This document shows positions 12,465-22,656 of a stretch of DNA of 64,000 nucleotides, piece by piece; the stretch's first letter is position 1; each line of letters starts with the position of its first letter. A model generated the notes under the pieces. The model was given only the letters and a program-made list of their open reading frames with translations, ran no database searches and was not told the origin of the DNA. The stretch comes from an uncultured Ignavibacteriales bacterium (lineage in GTDB: Bacteria; Zixibacteria; MSB-5A5; GN15; FEB-12): contig CAZGMK010000015.1 in NCBI GenBank assembly GCA_964526835.1, positions 3,983 through 67,982 of the forward strand. Reading direction: 5' to 3'. A program made the position numbers and the translations under genes.

Positions 12465-13097
12465 ATGACCACCAAAAAGCAAACCGAAGCCAACCGCAAA
12501 AACGCCCTCAAGTCAACCGGCCCCAAGACCGAACAGGGCAAAGCAAACTCCAGCCGCAATGCCCTCATCCACGGCTTCTACTCCCGCGACGCCGTCATCA
12601 ACGCCCCCAAGTACAAAGAAGACCCCGACGAATACCGGCAACTCGTCACCTCCCTGATGAAGGAACTCAAGGCCAAAGGCGCCTTCCAGCAGAACCTCGT
12701 CCTCAAGATCGCCAACTGTCTCTGGCGCTACCGCCGCATCATCAGGTTCGAAACAGCCCGCATCAATCGCGACCTCGAATGGGCCTTTCGATCCCTGAAC
12801 ACTCCGATTTGCTACAACCACGGCGATGAGCAGTTCATCCAGACGGATGAGGCCCGGCGCCTGGCCAACGCCGTTCACACTCACGCTCTACCGAAGGAAC
12901 CAACTGCCAGGCTTCTGCTCTTCTACGAAATGCGTCTCGATCGCCACCTCTCCCGTGCTTACCGCCTTCTGCGCCACCTGCAACTCTTCGATAAGACAGA
13001 TTCACTGCAAGATCACTCCCCCGAACCCCAAAATCGAGGAAACGAACCCGATTCCGCGCAACCCTCAGACCTACTGTCGCTTGCGAGGACGCTTTAG
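12465..13097 (+). CDS. Hypothetical protein of the AN(R)xNAxKSTGPKT...NALxHG family
   Basis: N-terminus QTEANRKNALKSTGPKTEQGKANSSRNALIHG, IANCLWRYRR, C-terminal NEPDS; GGAG upstream; strongly C-ending codons. Confidence 0.8.
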   Translation: MTTKKQTEANRKNALKSTGPKTEQGKANSSRNALIHGFYSRDAVINAPKYKEDPDEYRQLVTSLMKELKAKGAFQQNLVLKIANCLWRYRRIIRFETARINRDLEWAFRSLNTPICYNHGDEQFIQTDEARRLANAVHTHALPKEPTARLLLFYEMRLDRHLSRAYRLLRHLQLFDKTDSLQDHSPEPQNRGNEPDSAQPSDLLSLARTL

Positions 13098-13201
13098 CGC
13101 CCGGCTGTATGTCGGCCTGGGTTCGTAGTCCCGCCGTAAGGCCGTCTTGATCGGCAGCCGGACGCCGGGCTCAACCCTGTCCGGGCCCCCGCCGAGAGGT
13201 C

Positions 13202-15235
13202 TCACCGGGTCCCCTCCGGTCTCAGCCGCCGTCGCCAGTCCGCCACCGCCTGTGATTTGCTGCGGCTGTTGGCCAGCCTGTCCGCCCGATCGAGCAACTG
13301 CAATGCCTGCGCCGTATCGCCTCCCGCCGCGGCCGCCTGAGCGGCCAGGATCTGCGCCCGGAAGTCATCGGGGGCCGCTTCGGCCGCGCGGCCCAGAACA
13401 GCACGGGCATCCGCGGTCTGTCCGGTGGCGAAAAGAAACTGGCCGTAAGTAGCCAGGATCGACGGGTCGCCGCTGTCCATGGCGTAGGCGGCCTCGAGGG
13501 CCTCCCTGGCGGCCTCGCGATTGCCCACCTGGGCCCAAAGGCTGCCGGTGTGCATCATGGCCCGCGCCCGGTCCGCGAAGAGATTATACAGGCGATAGGC
13601 CAGCGCGACCTTCTGCGCCGGCGTGCCGCCGCTGCTCCACATACGGGCCAGCAGGTCATAGAAGGCATAATCGTCACGGCCCACACCAAGCCGCGTTGTG
13701 AGACTGTCGATCAGGCTGTCGGGGTGTGTCACGTCATCGTAAGACTGCAGCAGGTAACCCAGAGCCTCGGCCGAGTCGACTGTTCGGTAAGGCGGCTGCC
13801 TCCATGCGGCCACGGCGAAATCATCCAGCCGGTCCGAAAGCTCGGGGTAACGCCGACAGTGGTCGCACAGGTTGGCGTATTCCTGGTACAGGTTCTTGAC
13901 CGGTCCGACTTCGATGACATCGGCGAAACGTTCGACCGACCGGCTCGCCGAGGCGTTGACTGCCACGAACGCGGCCGTTGTCACCAGCGACAGCCCGACA
14001 ATCGGGATAACAGGCCGGGGAAGAGGACCGCTGCGACGCACTGCCAGCCAGATGAGCGAGGCTGTCAGCATCACAACTCCCGCGACGGCGAACAAATCCC
14101 AGTCGCGCGGGCCGCCCAGGCGCGGCGCGAAGAACAGCATGAACAGCCCGGAAGAGAGCAGGGTCAGGCGGGCCAGGGCCAGGCGGGCGAGAGCTGCCCG
14201 ATCCGCCGGCGGCCGCCCGTGGCCGATCAGCAGCGCGGGCAGGACCAGCACCAGCGGCGCCGACAGCACCAGCCAGTTGAACAGGTTCAGAGCGTGATCG
14301 CCGCTCAGCAGACCATAGGTGAAGGTATCATCGGGCAGGAGCGGGATCAGCCAGTGACGGGCCCCGAGCAACCCCGCGGCGCGGGCCGCATAGGCCCCGA
14401 GGACAGCAATCAGGGCCGCCGCCGCCAGGATGGTCGCAGCCCGACGTATGGCGCGCAAATCCCCGGTCCTCCGGGCCACCAGCACTCCGGCCAGCGCCCC
14501 GGAGAGCAGAATCGCTCCGGCGAAGTGGACCAGCGCCGTCAGCAGGTACAGCCCGACAAACACCCCGAGACCCCTATTACTATCGGTCACCCGCAGCGCC
14601 GCCCAGAGGACCCACGGCAGCAAGGCCAGCAGGACCGCGTAGCTCTCGACATAACCGAAAAACTGCACCACCGCGCCGCTGGTCAGCAGGACCAGAAACC
14701 AGGCCGGCCAACGGGAAGGGTCCAGCCGGCGGGTGAAGAAGTAGCATCCGGCGACATACGGTATCGCCATCAGGGCCGCGATCAGGGCGTAGTTCTCCGC
14801 CGCGTTGAAACCGAGGGGGCCAAGGACGTATCTCTGCAGGATCGCATGGAGGAAAAAGTCGCCGATCTCGGTAGTCAGCAGCAGGCGGCCGGCATCGATC
14901 TGGTTCAGCCGGAGCGGGGCGTCGCCCAGCAGATACGTTTCGGCCGGAAACAACAGAGCCAGGGCGGCCAGGACGATCGCCGGCGGCAGCCATGCCCGGG
15001 GCGTCCGGCCGGGCGCTGTCCAGATCGCGATTGTCTCCATGGCCCGGCTGAAGCGAGCGGCGACGGGCGGCAGCCAGAGCAGCAGCATCACGATCGCAGC
15101 CGCCACCGCGTACCAGGCCGTCACGAACCAGCCGAAATGCAGCCCCCACAGCTCGGCCGGGCCGGTGAACACGGCGACTGCACCGCAGGCGATCAGAATC
15201 AGCGAGGCCATGTATCCGGCGGCATCGTGCTTCAT
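13202..15235 (-). CDS. Polytopic membrane protein with C-terminal TPR repeats (possibly GT-C-like glycosyltransferase)
   Basis: About a dozen hydrophobic segments, early loop YLLGD, QFFGYVESY, and C-terminal AREALEAAYAMD/ARAVLGRAAEAAPDD TPR-like helices. Confidence 0.7.
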   Translation of the reverse strand: MKHDAAGYMASLILIACGAVAVFTGPAELWGLHFGWFVTAWYAVAAAIVMLLLWLPPVAARFSRAMETIAIWTAPGRTPRAWLPPAIVLAALALLFPAETYLLGDAPLRLNQIDAGRLLLTTEIGDFFLHAILQRYVLGPLGFNAAENYALIAALMAIPYVAGCYFFTRRLDPSRWPAWFLVLLTSGAVVQFFGYVESYAVLLALLPWVLWAALRVTDSNRGLGVFVGLYLLTALVHFAGAILLSGALAGVLVARRTGDLRAIRRAATILAAAALIAVLGAYAARAAGLLGARHWLIPLLPDDTFTYGLLSGDHALNLFNWLVLSAPLVLVLPALLIGHGRPPADRAALARLALARLTLLSSGLFMLFFAPRLGGPRDWDLFAVAGVVMLTASLIWLAVRRSGPLPRPVIPIVGLSLVTTAAFVAVNASASRSVERFADVIEVGPVKNLYQEYANLCDHCRRYPELSDRLDDFAVAAWRQPPYRTVDSAEALGYLLQSYDDVTHPDSLIDSLTTRLGVGRDDYAFYDLLARMWSSGGTPAQKVALAYRLYNLFADRARAMMHTGSLWAQVGNREAAREALEAAYAMDSGDPSILATYGQFLFATGQTADARAVLGRAAEAAPDDFRAQILAAQAAAAGGDTAQALQLLDRADRLANSRSKSQAVADWRRRLRPEGTR

Positions 15236-15362
15236 TCTCTAATGGTTACACGAGAGCCTTCGGAAAGCAAGGGCGAACGGACCTTTGTTTGATGGGCCGC
15301 CGAATCGTGGCGGCCGGACGGCAGGCTCAGTGGTTCCCGCGCCCGCCGGAAGCGCCGTCCCG

Positions 15363-16829
15363 TCAGATCCCGGGGGCGCGGCGGAGGATCAGGCGCTCCA
15401 GGCAAAGCGACGCCTGGTTGCACAGCGCGTTGATAGAGCGCACCGTGTCGTCATTGAAAGGCCGGTCGCGCTTGGGGTAATCGGCGTAGACCACATATGG
15501 AACTTCATTGGCTATCCGCAGCGGTACGGCGACAAAGGCGTTGGCGTCGAGTGCGGCCACGCTCGGGGCGGATACCAGCAGGCCGTAGAGATTTTCATCC
15601 TTTTCGAGCACCGACAGCGGATGAGCGGTCTCGCGCAGTTGCTTGAAGAGGGGATCATCCTTCGAAAAGCTGAGGGCCTGGACCGATTTCTGGGATTCAA
15701 TACCAAAGCCCACCCTTCCCTCAAAGACGCCTTTGGCGGCCTCCAGGCCGAAGACGATGGTCCGGCCCATCCCCAGGCCCCGGAATATGGTCTCGGCCGT
15801 CACCTGGAGAATCTCTTCCTCGGTCGTCAGGTCCATCAGGGCGTTGGAGGCATTCTGCAGGAAGGCCAGCTGGATTTCCTTGTGCGACAGGCGTGCGTGC
15901 ATGTCGGTCAGGTCCACCGCGGGCGCCGAGTGGCGGGTGAACTCCGATTCGATATCAATCTCGAGATCGCGCGCGATCTCCGACATATGCTCTCGGCAGA
16001 CACTCAGCAGTTCGACCATAGCCGCCTCGCTGATGTCGATCAGGTGACGGGCCTGCTTGATCGCGTTCTGATAGGTCTTCGAATCGGGGGCGGTCCCGCG
16101 CATGACATGGGCGCAGAGCAGGTCGGACAGGTACACCAGGTCGACCAGGACATGGTCCGACCGAATCTTGGGGGAAATGCCCAGACGATGATGATTGGTG
16201 ATGGCCAGAGTCATCCCCTCCGGCAGGTTCCACTTGCGCGCCAGGACGCCGCCGGCCTGCATGTGATCGACATCCATCAGCGCCCGTTCCTGCAGGTACA
16301 CATCCGGCGACTCGGCCTCCTGTCGCGATATCTGCTCGTATTCGGATGGATAGACCCCGGCCAGAATGACCTGGCCGATGTCATGCATGAAGCCGGCGAT
16401 AAAGGCCGCTTCGATCAGTTCGGGCTGGTTAATCCGCGAGGCCAGATACTTGGCGATCACGCCACTGGCCACCGAACGTGTCCAGAAAGCGGTGACGTCG
16501 AAACTGGTCGACTTCGCCAGCTTGTTGACCATGCCGTAGACGGCCATCGAGATAGCCGTATTGCGCACCGCCCGAAACCCCATCAGGACAATCGCCTGGG
16601 TGATCGTGTAGACCTTGCCCGCGAAGTCGCCGTAGTATGACGAATTCGCCATGCGCAGGATGCGCGCGGTCAACTGGTGGTCGGACAGGATGCAGTTGGC
16701 CAGGTCGGCCACCGAGGCTTTCGGGTCCTCGGATATCTGCTTGATCCGCAGGACCACCTGAGGCACCGACGGCAACCCCGAGAACTTCTCCAATTTGCTG
16801 CGAACGTCTCTGGTGACGGTGCTGCTCAT
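15363..16829 (-). CDS. HDOD domain protein with C-terminal GAF-like domain
   Basis: LPSVPQVV...DHQLTARILRMANSSYYG...AIVLMG...GFMHDIGQ...LARKWNLP; C-terminal FVAVPL...VVYAD. Confidence 0.9.
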   Translation of the reverse strand: MSSTVTRDVRSKLEKFSGLPSVPQVVLRIKQISEDPKASVADLANCILSDHQLTARILRMANSSYYGDFAGKVYTITQAIVLMGFRAVRNTAISMAVYGMVNKLAKSTSFDVTAFWTRSVASGVIAKYLASRINQPELIEAAFIAGFMHDIGQVILAGVYPSEYEQISRQEAESPDVYLQERALMDVDHMQAGGVLARKWNLPEGMTLAITNHHRLGISPKIRSDHVLVDLVYLSDLLCAHVMRGTAPDSKTYQNAIKQARHLIDISEAAMVELLSVCREHMSEIARDLEIDIESEFTRHSAPAVDLTDMHARLSHKEIQLAFLQNASNALMDLTTEEEILQVTAETIFRGLGMGRTIVFGLEAAKGVFEGRVGFGIESQKSVQALSFSKDDPLFKQLRETAHPLSVLEKDENLYGLLVSAPSVAALDANAFVAVPLRIANEVPYVVYADYPKRDRPFNDDTVRSINALCNQASLCLERLILRRAPGI

Positions 16830-17695
16830 ACTTCTTCGAAAATCTTGACTTCGGTTTGGTAGTGCTCGGCGAAAGTCTGCTGGAGCTCGTCAAGGGAGTC
16901 CTCGTCGAACCCCAGTGCTCTGGCGGCGGGCAGGCTTGAAAGGCTCTCGATCCGGCGATCGCCGAAGCCCACTCCGAGGGTCTTGGACAGGTAATTCCCC
17001 AGGTTGATGATATACGCCATCGGCGGCGGGCCCACGTGTTCCGGGTCGGGCAGATCGTGGTGGTTGTAGATCGCTTTGATCAACGACTCGGGGAACGACC
17101 ATTTCTTGAGCAGGACCTGCGCGACATCACAATGGGTGAAACCCAGGCGCTCCCTTTCTACGACGTAGAAATCGCCGTGATCCTTCTCGACCCGCTGGAT
17201 AACCGCTCCGTAGGGCGACGGTAGCTTCTGCAACAGGACAAGCTTGCCGATGTCATGGAGCAAGGCGGCGATGAAGACCTCATCCTTCTCCGGATAGCGC
17301 AGCCAGGCCGCTACCTGGCGGGCCGCGATCGCGGCCGATAACGTGTGGCGCCACAACTTGCCCTGGGCCGCCTGCGATTCGCCCCCGTTGAACATGCGAT
17401 GCGTCGAGGTAGCGATCACCATCGAGCGAACCGTGAAGAATCCCAGGATAAGGATCGCCTCATGAAGGCTCTTGACCTCTTTGGAGCGGCCGTAGAACGA
17501 CGAATTGCTGAGTTTCAGCACCTTGGCCGTCAACGACTGGTCGGCCGCCAGGACACGCGAGATGTCGGTGACGTTCGCGTCCAGATCGGAGGTCATGCCC
17601 ATTACGGCGCTCACGATGGCCGGTGAGGCCGGCAACTCGCCGATGGTGGAGATGATCTTGTCAACGGTTGGGTTGACTCCGACTGAGTTTTGCAT
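16826..17695 (-). CDS. HDOD domain protein
   Basis: LPASP...DQSLTAKVLKLSNSSFYG...AILILG...ALLHDIGK...LLKKWSFP; 4-nt overlap with the downstream HDOD gene. Confidence 0.92.
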   Translation of the reverse strand: MQNSVGVNPTVDKIISTIGELPASPAIVSAVMGMTSDLDANVTDISRVLAADQSLTAKVLKLSNSSFYGRSKEVKSLHEAILILGFFTVRSMVIATSTHRMFNGGESQAAQGKLWRHTLSAAIAARQVAAWLRYPEKDEVFIAALLHDIGKLVLLQKLPSPYGAVIQRVEKDHGDFYVVERERLGFTHCDVAQVLLKKWSFPESLIKAIYNHHDLPDPEHVGPPPMAYIINLGNYLSKTLGVGFGDRRIESLSSLPAARALGFDEDSLDELQQTFAEHYQTEVKIFEEV

Positions 17696-18155
17696 GTGTC
17701 TTCCGAGATTATGGGTTGATCCTCTTGTCTACGGAGTCTATCGGTCGATTGGATTACACTATTGAGGACCAGAATAGAGGTCTTTTGGGCGAGGCGACGC
17801 ATTTAAGCCCGGTCTGGACAGGCCTTGTTCAAGAACCTCGATTCGCCAATTGACGCCCCCCGCGGCTGCGCGAGCAAGGCCGGCGGACGCCGGCGGCTTG
17901 CTGTTTGCTGTACTTGCTTTGTTATGAATAGCACGAATTCCAGACCGCTCCCCACCGGCCGGCGCTGCCGGCGGGATAAATTATGGGCATGGAGAGATTT
18001 GCGGGGTGCGCCGATAACTAGCCGAAAGCACACTTAAGATGCATACGAATGCTTACTTTGTGGCCCTTAGACGGAGGTTTCCGATAGTGCGAACGTCGCT
18101 CTAATGCATAGAACCTGAACAATTTGCGAACGGGAAATTAATTCCCAATTAGGTG

Positions 18156-18184
18156 TTGACAAGGTAACCCCTTAGCCATATATT
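18156..18184 (+). promoter_or_regulatory. Sigma70-type promoter upstream of the dockerin cluster
   Basis: TTGACA (18156-18161)-N17-TATATT (18179-18184) in an AT-rich intergenic region. Confidence 0.65.
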
Positions 18185-18503
18185 ATGCGCGGATGATAGG
18201 TGAGTTGACACAGCAACGACTCTGTGGGAGTCGAGAACCTTTCCGAAGCATAAGTTCCTATGTACTTCGTCTCCCGGTCGGGGCCTGATCCCGGTCTGGG
18301 GGTGTTACAAACAGGTTACTTGCAAGACTAAGCAGCACGGTCGCGACAAGGTTACGCAGCGCATTGAAAGGCCCCTTCAGGCTCCACACCGCGCTTGAGG
18401 GGTAAGTCCCTGTCGCCCGGGTTGTGAACAGGAGTTTGAGCTATCGGTTCGTGGCTAAGGGATTGGTTAACAGGAATTCGAAACTCTACTCAAGGAGGAA
18501 AGA

Positions 18504-19709
18504 ATGGCTCCTGACAACAAGTCCCGCAGATCGTGGCTTGCCACGATCACCATGGTTGTTGCCATAGCCATGCTTGCCGCCGCTTCTACAGCCGCTGAAC
18601 CGCTGCCCCAACTGGTTGTGCAGGTTGGTGATACTACCGCCCCGGTAGGCGCCACCGCCACCATTTCAGTCTTTCTGGACAACTACGCGGACACAATCGC
18701 CGGCTTTAACCTGTGGCTGCAACTGGATCGAAACGATATTATGGTCTATGAAACCAGCGTCGACACCCTGATCGACACCCTCCGCTTCTTCTGCGAGAAC
18801 TGGGAGGGCGACAGTTGCACCGATTCTCTGCTGGTGCTCGGCGACACCCTGTATTTCCAGTGCAATGAATGGGATGCGGGGTTCGAATACTGCCTGGATT
18901 CGAGCCTGGTTCCGCTCGACTCGATTATATATGCGGGCTGGAATTACGACTTCTTCTATGAGGCCGAGTGGGACTTCGCGCACATAGACACTGTCGAGCA
19001 GCTTATCGGCACCTTCGACACTACCAATACCCTGGTGTCCGGGTGGGAGTGGATCGACGCTCGATCTTTCTCCAGCGGCGGCTATGACCTCAATGTGGCC
19101 GGTATCGCCGACCTGCCCGGCGGCAGCATTACGACCGGTATCGCTCCCCAGCAGGGCGGCCTGCTGATAAAACTGCAGTCGCAGGTGCTGGAGGACATCC
19201 CCGACACCCTGGCCGATCGTACTGTCAATGTTATGATACAGTCGAATTTCCTGGGCCACTTCAATTTCTCCGATCCCCAGGGGAACTCCATCGGGCTTGA
19301 ATACATCGAAGTACCCGACACCAATTGCTATATATGCACCGCCTGGGCGGGCGATATCTGCCTGAACTGGAAGCGTGTCTCGCTGCCGCCGCCGGGTGGC
19401 TGCGACTCGACTCATGTAGGCGTCGACACCCTGACCCGACTGGATACATCCAAAGTCTGGCTTTACGATGGCTCCCTGACCGTGCTGGGCATGGCCTGCG
19501 GCGATGTTAACGGCGATGGTTCCGAAACTCCGGATATCTCCGACCTGGTTTACCTGGTGAGCTACATGTTCGCCGGCGGGCCCGAACCGGTGCAGATGTG
19601 GGCCGCCGATGTGGACTGCTCCGGCAGCGAGACCCCTGATATTTCCGATCTGGTTTACCTGGTGAGCTATATGTTCTCGGGCGGACCATGGTGCGGCTGT
19701 CAGCCGTAA
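18504..19709 (+). CDS. Secreted cohesin-like + C-terminal dockerin protein
   Basis: AAGGAGG RBS; signal peptide; cohesin-like start VQVGDTTAPVGATATISVFLDN...IAGFNLWL; duplicated GDVNGDG/ADVDCSG-SETPDISDLVYLVSYMFxGGP. Confidence 0.88.
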   Translation: MAPDNKSRRSWLATITMVVAIAMLAAASTAAEPLPQLVVQVGDTTAPVGATATISVFLDNYADTIAGFNLWLQLDRNDIMVYETSVDTLIDTLRFFCENWEGDSCTDSLLVLGDTLYFQCNEWDAGFEYCLDSSLVPLDSIIYAGWNYDFFYEAEWDFAHIDTVEQLIGTFDTTNTLVSGWEWIDARSFSSGGYDLNVAGIADLPGGSITTGIAPQQGGLLIKLQSQVLEDIPDTLADRTVNVMIQSNFLGHFNFSDPQGNSIGLEYIEVPDTNCYICTAWAGDICLNWKRVSLPPPGGCDSTHVGVDTLTRLDTSKVWLYDGSLTVLGMACGDVNGDGSETPDISDLVYLVSYMFAGGPEPVQMWAADVDCSGSETPDISDLVYLVSYMFSGGPWCGCQP

Positions 19710-20036
19710 GCGACTACTGCTACGACCGAAGAGATGACAAAGAAACCGAAGAATAGAGAATCGGCAGCCTTCCCGAGGTCGGGAAGGCCGCCGCAACCGT
19801 TAACCCTCAACGAACGGAAAGGAGGGCGATACACTCAAGAGGTTTCATGCACGCGCTCAAATGAAAGGACGACCAACCGAGTTTTTCAGCATCGTGAAAG
19901 GACCGACCGGGATTTGTGGCTCTCATCCCAAACGAGTTCCGCATCGCGATCTGAGGGGGAAACGAATGGCTGGGTTGTTCGTTGCATCTTCGATTACGAC
20001 AATTGATAATGAAGCATTTAGTTTTAGGAGACTAAA

Positions 20037-22583
20037 ATGAAACGCGTTCCATTGCTTATCGCTTTGGTCCTGACCTTTTCATTTGGGCTGACCTTTGCAC
20101 AAGGTGGGCATATCGAGCTGGACAACCTCAGTGAGGTGACTTTCGAAGACGGAGGCACCACCTACTGGTTTGCCGGTATGCCTCTCGAGTTTGATATGCG
20201 CCTCACCAACGGCCCGGATCCTACCTTGGGTATTACCAACGGTTTCGGGTTTGGTTCGTCAACCGGCGGTACCTACACGCCCGCTTCGATGGTTGAGGCC
20301 GTTGATCAAGGTACCCTGGATACCTGGTTTGACCTGACTCATGGCATCAACACGTTCAGTCTCACCGGCTCAGGCGTCGATACTGTCGCCTGGTACGGCT
20401 CGATCATGATGGGCCCCGGAATTCCGCCCGACTGGACCGGCATCTATGGCGTGATCTCGACCGGTGCTCTGGAAGTCGGCCATGAATACTGCCTCGACTC
20501 GAGCTACTTCCCGCCGTCAGGGACCTGGCTGTGGGCTCCGACCGGCGCCCCGACCTGGGGTGGCCCGTACTGTTTCGAGGCCGCTACTCCGCCGAACTTC
20601 CCGCCGGAGTTCACCACTTGTCCGCCTACCTACACCGGCAGCCACTGCAACACCATCTCACTGGACCTGGCCACGTTCGATGAAGAGGGCGATGCCGTCA
20701 GCTTCGACGTCACGACCGGCCCGGGTGCGGTGACCGACGTTTCGGGCAGTGGTCAGACGACTACCGCCAAGTACACCTTCGCGCCTTCGCTGGCCGATGT
20801 GGGTACCCACACGGTGGTTATCGAAGCCAGTGACCAGTTCGGCACCGGTGATCCCTGCACCTTCGACCTGAACCTCACCAACGAAGCTCCGGTGTGTGAC
20901 TTCGCCTCTGGTCCGTATCTGGTCGGCATGGGTAACACCTTCACCAAAACACTCACTTTCGATCAGGTCGACTGTGACCCGATTACCGATGTCAGTATCA
21001 CCGGCGTCACCCCGGCCCCGGTAGGCACCTACGACATCACCGGTAACGTCTTCACGTTCAACACGGTTGCCCCCGATGATGGCGACAATACTTTCGTGTT
21101 CGAGGTCACCGTCACTGATGGTGTCGGTGAATCCACATGCGAGTTGGTAGTTGAGGTCCTGTCGACTGAGCCTTTCGAGGTTCAGATCGAGAAGGTCCAC
21201 CACGCCATCCAGGGTATGCACCACATGGTTGACGTGACCGTCAACAAGGGTTCCGAGAAGCTCCAGGGCTTCGACATCCTGGTTGCCTACGACGCTTCCG
21301 CTCTGTATTTCGCCGAGGCTCTCCCGGGCGACGTCTACACCGAGTGCGGCTGGGAGTACTTCAACTACCGCTATGGCCCGAACGGCAACTGCGGCAGTGC
21401 CTGTCCGAGCGGCATGCTTCGTGTGGTCGGTATCGCCGAGACCAACAACGGCGCCAACCACCCGGCCTGCTACAACCCGGACCTGGAGTTCACCCTGTTC
21501 ACTCTGGACTTCCTGGTCACCGACGACCGCACTTTCGAGTGCATGTATGTGCCGATCCGGTTCTTCTGGATGGACTGCGGCGACAACTCGCTGGCTTACA
21601 GCACCCAGGACGATCCTGATGCTGTGATCCAGGGCGTGAGCCGCTTCATCTATGACTACGGTCTCGATCCGATGATGGAGATCAGCAACATGACCACCGG
21701 TTTCCCGACCTACACTGGTGTTCAGGAAGAGTGCTTTGACAACGAGCCCGGCAAGCCGTTGCCGATTCAGTTCGTTGACTTCATCAACGGTGGTATCGAC
21801 ATCGTCTGCGCCGACTCGATCGACGCTCGTGGCGACGTCAACCTCAACGGTGTTTCGAATGAAATCGCGGATGCCGTACTGTTCAGCAACTACTTCGTTT
21901 ATGGTCTGGGTGTCTTCACGGTCAATATGGCTGGTCAGATTGCCGCTACCGACGTCAACGCTGATGGTCTGACCCTCAGTGTTGGTGACCTGGTTTATCT
22001 GATCCGTCTGGTCGTTGGCGACGCTCTTCCGTACTCGAAGCTGAGCACGGTTGAAGCCAACTACACCGTGGACGGCGGCGTTGTTTCGATCGACGCGACC
22101 ATGGGTGCTGCGTATCTGGTTGCCTCCGGCAATGTCACTCCGACACTGCTGGCCGACAACATGGAGCTGAAGTACAACTTCGACGGTTCCAACACGCACA
22201 TTCTGGTTTACTCGATGGAGCAGGGCGAGACCTTCCAGGGCGAGTTCATAGAGGCCGGTAACATCATCAGCGCCGAGTTCGCGACCTACGAAGGTGCGCG
22301 CGTCGTCGCCAGTGAGATGCCGACCAACTATGGTCTGGCCCAGAACTACCCGAACCCGTTCAACCCGGTCACCAATATCAGCTTCCAGATGCCGAATAAT
22401 GGTGACTACACTCTGACCGTTTACAACGTGACCGGTCAGGTTGTTGAGACGTTTGCCGGCAATGCTCAGGCTGGTGTCACCACCATCACCTGGGATGCCT
22501 CCAACCAGGCTTCGGGTATCTATTTCTACAAGCTCGAGGTTAACAACTTCTCCGAGACCAAGAAGATGGTCCTGTTGAAGTAA
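20037..22583 (+). CDS. Secreted multidomain scaffold: novel N-terminal domain, Ig/cadherin-like repeats, cohesin-like domain, internal dockerin, degenerate cohesin, T9SS-A/FlgD-like CTD
   Basis: AGGAG RBS; signal peptide; LQGFDILVAYDASAL; RGDVNLNG...EIADAV and TDVNADG...SVGDLVYL; QNYPNPFNP...ASGIYFYKL...KKMVLLK. Confidence 0.9.
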   Translation: MKRVPLLIALVLTFSFGLTFAQGGHIELDNLSEVTFEDGGTTYWFAGMPLEFDMRLTNGPDPTLGITNGFGFGSSTGGTYTPASMVEAVDQGTLDTWFDLTHGINTFSLTGSGVDTVAWYGSIMMGPGIPPDWTGIYGVISTGALEVGHEYCLDSSYFPPSGTWLWAPTGAPTWGGPYCFEAATPPNFPPEFTTCPPTYTGSHCNTISLDLATFDEEGDAVSFDVTTGPGAVTDVSGSGQTTTAKYTFAPSLADVGTHTVVIEASDQFGTGDPCTFDLNLTNEAPVCDFASGPYLVGMGNTFTKTLTFDQVDCDPITDVSITGVTPAPVGTYDITGNVFTFNTVAPDDGDNTFVFEVTVTDGVGESTCELVVEVLSTEPFEVQIEKVHHAIQGMHHMVDVTVNKGSEKLQGFDILVAYDASALYFAEALPGDVYTECGWEYFNYRYGPNGNCGSACPSGMLRVVGIAETNNGANHPACYNPDLEFTLFTLDFLVTDDRTFECMYVPIRFFWMDCGDNSLAYSTQDDPDAVIQGVSRFIYDYGLDPMMEISNMTTGFPTYTGVQEECFDNEPGKPLPIQFVDFINGGIDIVCADSIDARGDVNLNGVSNEIADAVLFSNYFVYGLGVFTVNMAGQIAATDVNADGLTLSVGDLVYLIRLVVGDALPYSKLSTVEANYTVDGGVVSIDATMGAAYLVASGNVTPTLLADNMELKYNFDGSNTHILVYSMEQGETFQGEFIEAGNIISAEFATYEGARVVASEMPTNYGLAQNYPNPFNPVTNISFQMPNNGDYTLTVYNVTGQVVETFAGNAQAGVTTITWDASNQASGIYFYKLEVNNFSETKKMVLLK

Positions 22584-22624
22584 GTTTGCTTTAGGCTTAT
22601 AGTAATAGTAAACGTGACCACGCT

Positions 22625-22656
22625 CCCCGGAGAGGTTAATCCCTCTCCGGGGTTCT
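22625..22656 (+). terminator. Hairpin after 20037-22583
   Basis: CCCCGGAGAGG-loop-CCTCTCCGGGG followed by TTCT (short U-tract). Confidence 0.55.
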
